Shown here piece by piece: positions 1 through 10,461 of a stretch of 64,000 bases of DNA (its first letter is position 1; every line of letters begins with the position of its first letter). The position numbers were made by a program, and so were the translations under genes. Location: IMG/VR virus record IMGVR_UViG_3300044630_004371, positions 1 through 64,000 of that record; one strand, given 5' to 3'. The notes beneath the pieces are model-generated. The model was not told the DNA's origin and did not search any database. It saw only the letters and a list, made by a program, of their open reading frames with translations. The stretch is from a virus.

Positions 1-1881
1 AAACAAGCTACAAACGATATAGTAGTTTTTTGTCATGATGATATATCCATAGAAACCAAACAATGGGGTAACAAACTTTTAAAAATGTTTGAAAAACATC
101 CACAATATGGTATTTTAGGTGTTGCTGGTTCCAAACAAATGCCAGTTAGTGGAAGATGGTGGGAAACACCTAGAAAAATGTATGGTCGTGTCGCACATAC
201 ACACGAAGGCAAGACTTGGTTATCAACATATTCTGATGATTTAAACCAAGAAGTTGAAGAAACGGTTTCGGTTGATGGAGTTTTCTTTGCAATTGATAAA
301 ACAAAAATAAAAAAACCTTTCAACGAAGAGGTGAACGGGTTCCATTTTTACGATGTGACTTTTTGTTTTGAAAATTATTTAGAAGGTGTTAAGATTGGTG
401 TTACAACCGTTGTCCGTATCAATCATAAATCTATAGGTATGACCAATGATGAATGGGAAAATAACAGACAACAATTTGCCGAAAAATTTAAAAATAACTT
501 ACCTGTAGATATTAAAAAAATTTTTAGAAAAGGAGAATCACCTAAAGTTTTAATTGGTACTGTTAATCTTAACTTTGGTATGGTTGAACAAGAATATATT
601 TTTGATTTAATCAAAAAATTAAAAAACGAAAATTGTGATATTACTTTAGCCAGTGCTGTTGACAAAAAAACAGAAACTTTTTTAAAACAAATGGGTGTAA
701 AAATATTTACCCCTCAAGAACCACCAGGTTTTAAAGTTGGTGATGGCAAATGGTTATTAAAAACACAACAAGGTAATGTGGTTTCTCAACCAAACAATTT
801 ATATAAAGTCAAAGATGTTTATTTTGACATGTTGTATATTGATAAAAAACCAATGGTTGAATATTTGTTAAGACTTTATCCAAATACTGAAACTGTTTGT
901 ACAATTTATTCTGTAGATAATCCTTTGGAAGAACCTGTGGTTGACGAAATGATTATAAAATACATAGCTCTTGATGAAAAAGTTAAACAAAAACTTGTCA
1001 ATTTAAATTCAATTGATGCTAATAATGTTGAGTTGTATGAGCCAAATAAAGAAAAAGCTAAACCAATTAATAAACCCAAGCTTAAAAATGGCCCTATCAA
1101 AATTATGACTGGTTGGTCAGATAGAGGTGGTTCTACAAATGCTTTTATTTCTTTGACAAACGCTTTAAATAAACTTGGTTATGATGCAACATTATATGGT
1201 CCGCATACTTGGCATTTAGATAAATGTAAATCAGCGTTGTTGGATAATAACAATTTAAATGTTGGGTCTAACGATAGATTAATAGTACACTTCCTTCAAT
1301 TACCTAACAGACCAAATGCTGGTAAGGTTATTCTTTCTTGTCATGAAAAAAATTTATATGAGGTTGGTAAAATCAAACAATTTTGGGATGAAGCTGTATT
1401 TTTGAATCAAAGACATAAAGATTACCATAGTGAATATAACGGTGAATTCAAGATTATACCAAATTTAAAAACACCTTTTATTTTAAAAGATAAAACAGGT
1501 TTGGAAAAAATAGCTGGTGTTATTGGTTCATTTGATGAAAACAAACAAACTCATGTTTCAATTCAAAGAGCTTTAGCTGATGGTTGTGAAAAAGTTTATT
1601 TGTTTAGTGAGCCATATGGCCCTTATTATGAAAACTATGTAAAACCATTGCTTAGTGATAAAGTAATTTTAAAAGGTTTTGTTGAAGATAAACAAGTCAT
1701 GTACGATATGCTTGGGTGTGTATACCATTCTTCTAAAAGCGAAGTTGCTTGTTTGGTTAAAGATGAGTGTGAATCAACTGGTGTTGTTTTCCACGGTAAT
1801 GAAGCGACTGACAATCCACCTGTATTATTAACAAACGATGAGATAATAAATAAATGGTTAAAAATATTGGAATTAAAATAA
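1..1881 (+). CDS. Multi-domain glycosyltransferase (GT2-like N-terminus + GT-B/GT4-like domains), 5'-partial
   Basis: Frame is open from base 1 (KQATNDIVVFCHDDI), continuing into the ORF-track entry 85..1881; DGVFFA and FHFYDV motifs of GT2-like family; C-terminal GGS...L..LGY GT-B-like segment. Confidence 0.75.
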   Translation, partial: KQATNDIVVFCHDDISIETKQWGNKLLKMFEKHPQYGILGVAGSKQMPVSGRWWETPRKMYGRVAHTHEGKTWLSTYSDDLNQEVEETVSVDGVFFAIDKTKIKKPFNEEVNGFHFYDVTFCFENYLEGVKIGVTTVVRINHKSIGMTNDEWENNRQQFAEKFKNNLPVDIKKIFRKGESPKVLIGTVNLNFGMVEQEYIFDLIKKLKNENCDITLASAVDKKTETFLKQMGVKIFTPQEPPGFKVGDGKWLLKTQQGNVVSQPNNLYKVKDVYFDMLYIDKKPMVEYLLRLYPNTETVCTIYSVDNPLEEPVVDEMIIKYIALDEKVKQKLVNLNSIDANNVELYEPNKEKAKPINKPKLKNGPIKIMTGWSDRGGSTNAFISLTNALNKLGYDATLYGPHTWHLDKCKSALLDNNNLNVGSNDRLIVHFLQLPNRPNAGKVILSCHEKNLYEVGKIKQFWDEAVFLNQRHKDYHSEYNGEFKIIPNLKTPFILKDKTGLEKIAGVIGSFDENKQTHVSIQRALADGCEKVYLFSEPYGPYYENYVKPLLSDKVILKGFVEDKQVMYDMLGCVYHSSKSEVACLVKDECESTGVVFHGNEATDNPPVLLTNDEIINKWLKILELK

Positions 1882-2861
1882 TGGAAAGGGTTAAAAATTG
1901 GGTTAAAGAAAAAGCTGTTATTTTATCAATAGCACTTTCAAATGTTGAAAAAAATGCGTTTGGTCAGAATAATGAAATGTTAAATACTGATATTAATCAC
2001 GATACAAGACATTCTCAAGGTAAATTAGCTGATTCGTTGATTAATGGTGAAATAACGCAAGAAGTGATTGATTTAAGATGGAGGACATACAAAATCTTAA
2101 AAGCTACTGAAGGTATCATTTCAGAGATAACAGGTTATGATGATAATGATTTACCTATTGTAAAAACTAAAAAATCCGATAAAAAAAGAGGGTTAGAGAA
2201 CATAAAAATAGATACATATGATTCTTATCCTTTGGAAATGGTTGTTGAAAACGATGATATAACTATAGGTGTCAAAGAATCATTAGAAAATGTTTTTATA
2301 AACGTCCAAAATGAAGCAACTATTAAAAGTGAAACATTTATAGACACGTCTAATTTTGAAGAAAAAGAAGAAAAAATTGCAATTCATGGTAATATTACAG
2401 CTGATGATTTTTTTGCTAGTCGTAAACCACAAAGACCAATTATTGTCGGTAGAACATTTTTTACTAAATTCAATATTGAAAATTTTACCAAAAAACTCAA
2501 CGTAAGAACAATTGATAATAAAAATAAATTAATTGAGTTTTATGTTAGTGTGTACCCAGATGATTATAATAAAACCTCCAAATTATTTTTAAATGAGATA
2601 AAAAAAGCGGTTAAAAATCCTATAGCCTCAAACATGTTGGAAATAAAGGAGGTTGGTTTTATAACACACAAAACAACTGGTGCTGATGATTTTTTAGAAT
2701 ACAAATATGAAATAACATCATTTGATAAAATAATTGAGTTTAATAGTTTTTATGTTATAAAATTTTTAGCTAATGTTGTCATTGATGGTAATGATATATT
2801 AGAACAACATAGAGTTGTTGAATTAGATGAAAATTATAAAAATAAAAAAAGAAAAAAATGA
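1881..2861 (+). CDS. Hypothetical phage protein
   Basis: Long ORF; ATG at 1881 overlaps the upstream TAA (TAATG coupling). Confidence 0.7.
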   Translation: MERVKNWVKEKAVILSIALSNVEKNAFGQNNEMLNTDINHDTRHSQGKLADSLINGEITQEVIDLRWRTYKILKATEGIISEITGYDDNDLPIVKTKKSDKKRGLENIKIDTYDSYPLEMVVENDDITIGVKESLENVFINVQNEATIKSETFIDTSNFEEKEEKIAIHGNITADDFFASRKPQRPIIVGRTFFTKFNIENFTKKLNVRTIDNKNKLIEFYVSVYPDDYNKTSKLFLNEIKKAVKNPIASNMLEIKEVGFITHKTTGADDFLEYKYEITSFDKIIEFNSFYVIKFLANVVIDGNDILEQHRVVELDENYKNKKRKK

Positions 2862-3604
2862 AACAAAAGCCAATAGTACATGCTTTTTTCGTTTGTTATA
2901 ACGAAGAAAATATATTACCTCATTTATTAAATTATTATTCCAGTTTTTGTGAAAAAATAACAATCCTTGATAACAACTCAACTGATAAAAGTTGTGAAAT
3001 AATTGAATCGTTTCCAAACACTGAAATAATCCCATTTGATTCAAATGGTGAATTTCATGATGGGGTTCATGTTAAATTAAAAGACCATGTTTGGAAATCA
3101 AGTGTTGGTTATGCTGATTTTGTTATTTTAGGGGATGCTGATGAATTTTTATATCATGAAAATATGATTGATTTTTTAATAGATTCAAAAGAAAAAGGTA
3201 TCACGTTTTTTAAACCAGAGGGGTATCATATGATTGGTGATGAAGAATTAGAATTATCAGTTGAGGATAATATTTTTGAAAAAGTTAAATACGGTGTTAA
3301 AACACCTGTGTTGGACAAACCGATGATGTTTGATTGTAATAAAATCATAAACATAAATTATGGTTTTGGGTGTCACTCCGCAAATCCTGTGGGTACCGTA
3401 GTTCCATCAATCTATAATGGTTTGAAATTGATACATTATAAATTTTTAGGTTTGAAAGATTATTTGTATAAAAATAAAATTAGGGCTGAAAGGTTAAGCA
3501 AGTTTAACAAAGATAATGGTTTTGGTTTGTATTATATGTTTAGTGAAGAAGAACATATTATTGATTATAAATCTTATATTGATAGGAGGGTTAAAGTGTT
3601 ATAA
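2858..3604 (+). CDS. Glycosyltransferase family 2-like
   Basis: CYNEE, DNNSTD, GDADEF (DxD) motifs. Confidence 0.8.
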   Translation: MKQKPIVHAFFVCYNEENILPHLLNYYSSFCEKITILDNNSTDKSCEIIESFPNTEIIPFDSNGEFHDGVHVKLKDHVWKSSVGYADFVILGDADEFLYHENMIDFLIDSKEKGITFFKPEGYHMIGDEELELSVEDNIFEKVKYGVKTPVLDKPMMFDCNKIININYGFGCHSANPVGTVVPSIYNGLKLIHYKFLGLKDYLYKNKIRAERLSKFNKDNGFGLYYMFSEEEHIIDYKSYIDRRVKVL

Positions 3605-3605
3605 A

Positions 3606-4286
3606 ATGATTATAGGTAATGGATTGATAGCCGAAGCGTTTAGAAAAGACGAGGAACAATATGAAGATTATATCATATTCGCTTCTGGTGTTTCAAATTC
3701 TGGTGAAAATAGTTTAGATAACTTTAAACGTGAAAAAGATTTGATTGTTAAAACTATAAGCGAAAACCATAAACTAAAATTTATTTATTTTAGTAGTGTT
3801 TTGGTTGGTATAATTGATAATGATTATTATAATCATAAAATAGACATTGAGAACACCATTAAAGAAAAAGCAAAAAAATACATTATATTCAGAATCCCAC
3901 AAGTTGTTGGTCAAACTGGTAACAAAAATAACTTAATTAATTTCATTACCAATTTGGTTAAAAATAATAAACCCGTTACTTGTTACAGAAACGTATATAG
4001 GTCGTTATTAGATATTGAAGATTTAACAAATATGGTAAGTTATTGTTGTGATGTTAACAATGAAACAATATTTATATCTGGTGTGGAGAAAGTACTTGTG
4101 TTGAATATAATTAATGAAATTGGTGTGTTATTGAATAAAAAACCAATCATCAACGACATTGACCCACCTTTTCAAAATAATTGGTTTGTTGAAAATACTG
4201 ATATTGTTAAACAAGCAATTAAAACTTTTAAAATTGATACATTTACATATACTAATAACGTTATAAAAAAATACATAAATAATTAA
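3606..4286 (+). CDS. NAD-dependent epimerase/dehydratase-like protein
   Basis: Start refined to ATG 3606: MIIGNGLIA, FASGVSNS, YFSS, YYNHK (YxxxK). Confidence 0.7.
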   Translation: MIIGNGLIAEAFRKDEEQYEDYIIFASGVSNSGENSLDNFKREKDLIVKTISENHKLKFIYFSSVLVGIIDNDYYNHKIDIENTIKEKAKKYIIFRIPQVVGQTGNKNNLINFITNLVKNNKPVTCYRNVYRSLLDIEDLTNMVSYCCDVNNETIFISGVEKVLVLNIINEIGVLLNKKPIINDIDPPFQNNWFVENTDIVKQAIKTFKIDTFTYTNNVIKKYINN

Positions 4287-4287
4287 A

Positions 4288-5010
4288 ATGGTAATATTAA
4301 CTGGTTTTTACAATGCTGAACAATATATTGAAAGATGTATATCATCTATAATGGGACAATCATTTACCGATTTCAAGTGTTATATCACACATGATTTGTC
4401 AACTGATAACTCAGTTAAATTGGTTAAAGAAATGATTGAAGGTGATGATAGATTTATACTTATTGATGATAACGAAAAAAAATTATACCAAGCTGGTAAT
4501 TTTGATAAAGTAATCAGAAACAACCCAAACATATCTGATGATGAAGTTTTAGTAGAAGTTGATGGAGATGATTATTTACCAGATGGTAATGTTTTAAAAA
4601 GAATAGATGAGCTATACAAAGACCAAAATATTTGGATTGCCAATGGTAGCTTTAGGTATCATAACGGACCTGTTGGTTTTTCATCAAAACAAACTAATTT
4701 TAATAATTTAAGAACAACTAATTTTACCGCATCACATATTCGTACTTGGAGAGCTTTCTTATGGCGAAACATCAAAGAAGAAGACTTAAGAGATGAAAAT
4801 GGTGATTATTGGCAATGGAGCGGTGATTTGTGTTTTATGTTTCCTATGCTTGAGATGGCTGGTGAAGAACACTATACATTTATGTCTGATGTAAATTATG
4901 TTTACAATGCTGAAAACCCTATAAACGAACACAAAGTAGATATGTCTATGGTTACCGACCACGCTATTAGGATTAGAAATAAACAACCTTACCAAAAATT
5001 AATAAAATAA
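4288..5010 (+). CDS. Glycosyltransferase family 2
   Basis: FYNAEQYIERCISSI, DLSTDNS, VDGDD motifs. Confidence 0.85.
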   Translation: MVILTGFYNAEQYIERCISSIMGQSFTDFKCYITHDLSTDNSVKLVKEMIEGDDRFILIDDNEKKLYQAGNFDKVIRNNPNISDDEVLVEVDGDDYLPDGNVLKRIDELYKDQNIWIANGSFRYHNGPVGFSSKQTNFNNLRTTNFTASHIRTWRAFLWRNIKEEDLRDENGDYWQWSGDLCFMFPMLEMAGEEHYTFMSDVNYVYNAENPINEHKVDMSMVTDHAIRIRNKQPYQKLIK

Positions 5011-5777
5011 TGATAACTTGTAAATTACAAGGTGGTTTAGGTAATCAAATGTTTCAAATAGCGGCTACCCATGCTTTAGCTTTAAGAAACAACGATGTTT
5101 GTGGTTTTAATTTCAATCAATGTTATACACCATTACAAGGCAATCCTTCAAGAAAATACAAAGATAATATTTTTGCTAAAATAACTGAAACAAATGATTA
5201 TAAATTTAGAGTTGGGTTTACCGAACCTAGATTTGGTTATGAAGAATTACCATATGCGCCAGGATTAATATTAACTGGTTTCTTTCAAAGTGAAAAATAT
5301 TTTTACGATTACAAAGATGAGATTAAAGATTTGTTTTCAATAGATAAATCAAATGTTGAGGGTTTTATTAATTCTGTAAGAAAACCTAACTTATCAGTTA
5401 CCTCAATTCACATTAGACGTGGAGATTATGTAGGTTTGTCTGATATGCATTGTTTATGTACCTTAGATTATTATAATGACGCTATGTCATGCATTGGTGA
5501 TTCTATTTTTGTTATCATATCAGATGACATAGAATGGGTCAAAGAAAACTTACAAGGGAATAACGTATATTATTCACCATTTGAAAACGAAATAGATGAT
5601 TTTACAATGATGACATGTTGTGATAACAATATAATATCAAATAGTAGTTTTGGTTGGTGGGGTGCTTATTTAAACAAAAATGATAATAAAAAAATAATAG
5701 CACCAAAAACATGGTTTGGTCCAAGAGGTCCAAAAGATACCGAAGATATAATTCCAATAAATTGGAATAAAAGGTAA
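5010..5777 (+). CDS. Alpha-1,2-fucosyltransferase-like (GT11)
   Basis: GGLGNQMFQ, HIRRGDY, NSSFGWWGAYL GT11 motifs. Confidence 0.9.
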   Translation: MITCKLQGGLGNQMFQIAATHALALRNNDVCGFNFNQCYTPLQGNPSRKYKDNIFAKITETNDYKFRVGFTEPRFGYEELPYAPGLILTGFFQSEKYFYDYKDEIKDLFSIDKSNVEGFINSVRKPNLSVTSIHIRRGDYVGLSDMHCLCTLDYYNDAMSCIGDSIFVIISDDIEWVKENLQGNNVYYSPFENEIDDFTMMTCCDNNIISNSSFGWWGAYLNKNDNKKIIAPKTWFGPRGPKDTEDIIPINWNKR

Positions 5778-5784
5778 TAAACCA

Positions 5785-5813
5785 TTGACATTATCATATT
5801 TTTTTACTATAAT
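5785..5813 (+). promoter_or_regulatory. Consensus sigma70-type promoter TTGACA-N17-TATAAT
   Basis: TTGACA 5785-5790, 17-nt spacer, TATAAT 5808-5813, 16 nt upstream of ATG 5830. Confidence 0.6.
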
Positions 5814-5829
5814 TAAAAAAACAAACTTA

Positions 5830-7131
5830 ATGGAAAATATTGACGAAATTTTACTAGCTTTAACTTCTTATCTTAAAGAAAATAAACCTAAATACCTCTA
5901 CAATCAAACTTTTATACCAAACAAAAGCCAAGTATTATATTCTGGACCTTATTGGGATGAAGAAGAAATTATGGCCGCTATTACAACTTTTATAACTGGT
6001 AAATGGGTGGTAGCTGGTGAGAACGTACACAAATTTGAAAAAGAATTTGCTAAAACATTTGGTGTTAAATATGGTCAGATGGTTAACTCTGGTAGTTCTG
6101 CTAATTTGGTGTTAATTGCTGCACTTAAGAAATATTTTGGTTGGAATGATGGTGATGAAATAATTGTTTCACCAGTAGGTTTCCCAACAACTATCTCAAC
6201 TCTGGTTCAGAATAATCTAGTACCAGTATTTGTAGATATTGAATATGATACACTTAATTTTGATATCAATAAAATTGAAGAAAAAATAACCAGTAAAACC
6301 AAGGGTATATTTGTATCACCAGTATTAGGTAACCCTCCAGATATGGATTTTTTAACCATGTTATGTGAGAAACACAACCTTAAACTGATTGGTGATAGTT
6401 GTGATAGTATTGGTTCTAAATGGAACGGAAAACATCTATCAGATTATTATGTTGCGTGGTCGTCTTCTTTTTATCCAGCTCACCACATTTCAACTGGTGA
6501 AGGTGGTATCGTTTGCACCAATATTGCCGATTTGAAAAAATTGTTTACAAGTTTTTCATGGTGGGGTAGAGATTGTCATTGTGTTGGTTCAGCCAATTTA
6601 CTTTCTTGTGGTACATGTGGAAATAGATTTGATAAATGGCTTGAGTCTTATGATGGAATAATTGACCATAAGTATGTGTTTACAAATATGGGTTATAACC
6701 TTAAACCTATGGATTTACAAGGCTCAATTGGGCTTGTTCAGTTAACTAAATTTAACGAGATTGATAAAAGAAGAAAAGAAAGTAAATCTAGAATTGAAAA
6801 AATTATATTAAAACACGTAAAGGGTATTAAAAATGTTGAAATGTTGGACAAATCTGACACATGTTGGTTTGGAACACCTTTTATCTGTGAAAATAAAATT
6901 ATTAAGGATAAACTTGTTGCTTTTTTGGAAGCAAATAAAATACAAACTAGAAACTATTTTGCTGGTAATATTTTGATGCACCCAGCGTATAAACATTTGG
7001 ATGATTTAACCAAATATCCAAACGCTAATCAAGTACTGGATAAAGTATTCTTTTTAGGTGCGGCACCACATTATAATGATGATGTCTTCAATTATATTGA
7101 TGATGTCTTTACTGAAAAATGGGAAAATTAA
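5830..7131 (+). CDS. rfbH: CDP-4-keto-6-deoxyglucose-3-dehydrase-like (RfbH/DdhC, DegT family)
   Basis: VNSGSSANL, SFYPAHHISTGEGG (His in place of the PLP Lys), WGRDCHC...CGTCGNRF Fe-S motif, DHKYVF..GYNLK; start refined to ATG 5830. Confidence 0.85.
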   Translation: MENIDEILLALTSYLKENKPKYLYNQTFIPNKSQVLYSGPYWDEEEIMAAITTFITGKWVVAGENVHKFEKEFAKTFGVKYGQMVNSGSSANLVLIAALKKYFGWNDGDEIIVSPVGFPTTISTLVQNNLVPVFVDIEYDTLNFDINKIEEKITSKTKGIFVSPVLGNPPDMDFLTMLCEKHNLKLIGDSCDSIGSKWNGKHLSDYYVAWSSSFYPAHHISTGEGGIVCTNIADLKKLFTSFSWWGRDCHCVGSANLLSCGTCGNRFDKWLESYDGIIDHKYVFTNMGYNLKPMDLQGSIGLVQLTKFNEIDKRRKESKSRIEKIILKHVKGIKNVEMLDKSDTCWFGTPFICENKIIKDKLVAFLEANKIQTRNYFAGNILMHPAYKHLDDLTKYPNANQVLDKVFFLGAAPHYNDDVFNYIDDVFTEKWEN

Positions 7132-7137
7132 TAAGTT

Positions 7138-7683
7138 ATGAATAAATTAGAAACAAAATTACATGGTTTATATCTTTTAGAACCAAAAGTTTTTGAAGAT
7201 GTTCGTGGATATTTTTTAGAATCCTATAACCAAGAAACTTTTAAAAAAATAGGTATTGATGTTGGTTTTGTCCAAGACAATCAATCGCTTTCATCTAAAG
7301 GAACGTTAAGAGGTTTACACTTTCAAAAACCACCATACGCACAAGCTAAATTAATTAGAGTAATAACAGGTTCAATTCTTGATGTGGCTGTTGATATACG
7401 AACAGATTCAAAAACATATGGTAAGTATTTTTCAGCTATTCTGGATGGTGAAAATAAACGCATGTTATACATACCAGAAGGTTTTGCACATGGTTTTTTA
7501 TCTTTGGAAGACAATACATTAATCCAGTACAAATGTTCAGATTTATATAACAAAGAATCTGAAGGTGGTATTGTTTGGAACGACCCAGATATTAATATTA
7601 ATTGGGGAATTGATTACGAACCAATTATTTCAGACAAAGATAAAAATAATATTTTTTTGAAAAACTTTAAGTCACCTTTTTAA
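7138..7683 (+). CDS. rmlC: dTDP-4-dehydrorhamnose 3,5-epimerase
   Basis: DVRGYFLESY, QDNQSLS, LRGLHFQ, DVAVDIR, GFAHGF motifs. Confidence 0.95.
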   Translation: MNKLETKLHGLYLLEPKVFEDVRGYFLESYNQETFKKIGIDVGFVQDNQSLSSKGTLRGLHFQKPPYAQAKLIRVITGSILDVAVDIRTDSKTYGKYFSAILDGENKRMLYIPEGFAHGFLSLEDNTLIQYKCSDLYNKESEGGIVWNDPDININWGIDYEPIISDKDKNNIFLKNFKSPF

Positions 7684-7684
7684 G

Positions 7685-9079
7685 ATGAAATTTAGGAAAA
7701 AAGTTGTAATATTAGGTGATGGGTTATTGGGTAATGAAATCCATAATCAAACCAATTGGGAAGTTTTATCTAGAAAACAAACCAATTTTGACATAGCTGA
7801 TTTGGTAAAATCTTTCCCAAAAGATGTTAAGATAGATGTTATAATTAACTGTATAGCAAACACAGACACGTATTCAAAAGATAAAAAATCTCATTGGGAT
7901 GTTAATTTTGCGTTTGTTAGTGACTTGATAAAATATTGCAATTCCAATCTGATAAAATTGGTGCACATATCTACTGATTATGTGTACGCACAATCGATAG
8001 AAAATGCTTCAGAAAATGATGTTCCTGTTCATTGTAATAATTGGTATGGATACACCAAATTACTTGCAGATGGACTTGTACAGTTAGAGGCGAATCAACA
8101 TCTTTTGATTAGATGCACACACAAACCTAAACCATTCCCTTACGAAAAAGCTTGGGAAGACCAAGTTGGTAATTTTGATTATGTTAATATTATTGCGTCA
8201 AAAATAATCAGATTAATTAAAAAAAATGCCATTGGTATATATAATGTTGGTACTGAAACAAAAACAATGTTTGACTTGGCTTCTAAAACAAGTAAAGTAG
8301 AACCAATTAAAGCACCATTACATGTACCTCATAATACCAGTATGGATATTTCAAAAATGCAAACATTTTTTAATGAAAGTGTTAAAAAACCGTTTTTTTC
8401 GATTGCTATACCAACCTATGGTTATAATGGGAAAGGTGTTGAATTTATAGACCATAGTTTAGAAATTCTTAGTAAACAAACATTTAAAGATTTTGAAGTT
8501 GTTATTTCAGACCATAGCATTGATGATACTATAAAAACTATTTGTAATAAATGGAATGATAAGTTGGTGATAAAATACTTTAGAAACAAAAATGGTCGTG
8601 GAGTCATCTCACCAAATATTAATAATGCTATGGTTAATTGTACTGGTAAATGGATTAAAATCTTATTTCAAGATGATTATTTATTTGGTGAGGAATCATT
8701 GGCGAAACACTATAGTTTTATTGAAAATAATGAAGATGTCATTTGGTTTGCGGTCAACACGCATGTAACCAGTGATGGTAAAACTATTGATTGGTCATTC
8801 AGACCAAAGTGGGTTGATAATATATGGACTGGTAATAATCAATTAGGATGCCCAACTAATATAACAATAAAAAATGAAAATTTACTTTATTTTGATGAAG
8901 ACTTAAATTGGTTAATGGACGTGGATTATTATATGAAAATGTATAGAAATTTTGGTCCTGTTAAAATATTAGATGAATTTTTATTAGTTAATAGAGTTTC
9001 ACCAGAAAGACTAACAAATAATTTATCAGAAAGTGAAAAACTATCTGATTTAGAAAAATTAACAAAACGATATGCTTAA
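7685..9079 (+). CDS. RmlD-like sugar reductase fused to a GT2 glycosyltransferase
   Basis: N-term GDGLLG, HISTDYVY, YGYTK; C-term SIAIPTY, ISDHS, LFQDD. Confidence 0.8.
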   Translation: MKFRKKVVILGDGLLGNEIHNQTNWEVLSRKQTNFDIADLVKSFPKDVKIDVIINCIANTDTYSKDKKSHWDVNFAFVSDLIKYCNSNLIKLVHISTDYVYAQSIENASENDVPVHCNNWYGYTKLLADGLVQLEANQHLLIRCTHKPKPFPYEKAWEDQVGNFDYVNIIASKIIRLIKKNAIGIYNVGTETKTMFDLASKTSKVEPIKAPLHVPHNTSMDISKMQTFFNESVKKPFFSIAIPTYGYNGKGVEFIDHSLEILSKQTFKDFEVVISDHSIDDTIKTICNKWNDKLVIKYFRNKNGRGVISPNINNAMVNCTGKWIKILFQDDYLFGEESLAKHYSFIENNEDVIWFAVNTHVTSDGKTIDWSFRPKWVDNIWTGNNQLGCPTNITIKNENLLYFDEDLNWLMDVDYYMKMYRNFGPVKILDEFLLVNRVSPERLTNNLSESEKLSDLEKLTKRYA

Positions 9080-9773
9080 ATTAGAAAATATTACTTTAGT
9101 GGCTGTGACATCAGTAAATATTGATGCACATGTAAAGGCTTTAGAATATAGTTGTAAAGATATAGAATTTGGTGCTGTAAAACTACTATCAGATGTTTGT
9201 CCAGATAACCTACCAAGTTATATTAAACATGAAAAAATAGACAAACTAACTCATCCAATTGGTGAAAATCTTGGTGGTGGTAAAGACCAATGGAATTATT
9301 TTATGGTTTATAAACTTGGCAGTTTTATTGAAACTGAATATGCTATAATAATCCATCATGATGGATTTGTTGTAAACGCTTCTTCATGGAACCCAGATTT
9401 CTTAAATTATGATTATATTGGGTCACCATGGTTTTTACCTCACGATAATTTTTCTTACAGAGACGTTAACGGAGAAATAATTAGAGTTGGAAATAGTGTT
9501 GGCCTTAGAAGTAAAAGGTTGATGGATTTGCCTAGTAAAATAGATATGGAATGGAAACCATTTCATGGTTATTGGAATGAAGACGGATTTATAAGTGTGA
9601 ATAATAGACATATATTTATGCAACATGGTATGCGTTTTCCAGATTTGAATGTCGGTAAATCGTTTTCACATGGATGCATGATTCCAGAAGTACTTGAAGA
9701 TGCTATGAATGGCATTAAACCTTTTATGTTTCATCGATATGATGGGACAAACGCTCATTACCCTAAATTTTAA
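9072..9773 (+). CDS. DUF5672-like putative glycosyltransferase
   Basis: HHDGFVVN..W...FLNYDYIGSPW, VGN..LRSKRL, NEDGFI motifs. Confidence 0.7.
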   Translation: MLKLENITLVAVTSVNIDAHVKALEYSCKDIEFGAVKLLSDVCPDNLPSYIKHEKIDKLTHPIGENLGGGKDQWNYFMVYKLGSFIETEYAIIIHHDGFVVNASSWNPDFLNYDYIGSPWFLPHDNFSYRDVNGEIIRVGNSVGLRSKRLMDLPSKIDMEWKPFHGYWNEDGFISVNNRHIFMQHGMRFPDLNVGKSFSHGCMIPEVLEDAMNGIKPFMFHRYDGTNAHYPKF

Positions 9774-9783
9774 AAAAAAACAT

Positions 9784-10455
9784 ATGAACATATTAAAAAC
9801 AATACTTAAAGATGGTTATTTGGTTTTTGATGTTGGATGCAACATCGGAGAAAAAGCAAATTATTATTTACAACTAAACACAAAAGTTGTGGGTTTTGAA
9901 CCACAACCAAAATGCGTAAATGCGTTACTTAAACGTTTTAAAGACAATGATAACATAGTAATCGAACCGATTGGGCTAGATAAAGAAAAAGGTGTTTCGG
10001 TTATATACGAAGCTTCACATGATACTATTTCATCAATGTCTTTAGATTTCATAAACACAGTTAAAAAAGAAAGATTTTCTGGTTATAATTGGGGTGAAAA
10101 AATTGATATTAATATCGACACCTTAGATAATATGATTTTAAAACATGGTAAACCTAACTATATTAAAATAGATGTGGAAGGATATGAATTAAATGTTTTA
10201 CAAGGTTTAACAACACCTATCGATATCATTTCTGTTGAATTCACTCCAGAATTATGTCAATCATCAGTTGATTGTGTTAATTACATTGAAAGTATAAATG
10301 GAGAATGTGTTTACAATTATGGTTATAGAGAAGATTTGGATTTTAAATTTGATACTTGGTTAAATAAACAAGATTTGGTTTCTTATATAGAATCTGTAAA
10401 AGATTTTAGCTTTGAATTCGGAGACATATATGTAAAGATAAAAGATAAAAAATAA
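9784..10455 (+). CDS. FkbM family methyltransferase
   Basis: FDVGCNIG, FEPQP, IKIDVEGYELNVLQG; start refined to ATG 9784. Confidence 0.9.
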   Translation: MNILKTILKDGYLVFDVGCNIGEKANYYLQLNTKVVGFEPQPKCVNALLKRFKDNDNIVIEPIGLDKEKGVSVIYEASHDTISSMSLDFINTVKKERFSGYNWGEKIDINIDTLDNMILKHGKPNYIKIDVEGYELNVLQGLTTPIDIISVEFTPELCQSSVDCVNYIESINGECVYNYGYREDLDFKFDTWLNKQDLVSYIESVKDFSFEFGDIYVKIKDKK

Positions 10456-10461
10456 TTAATT

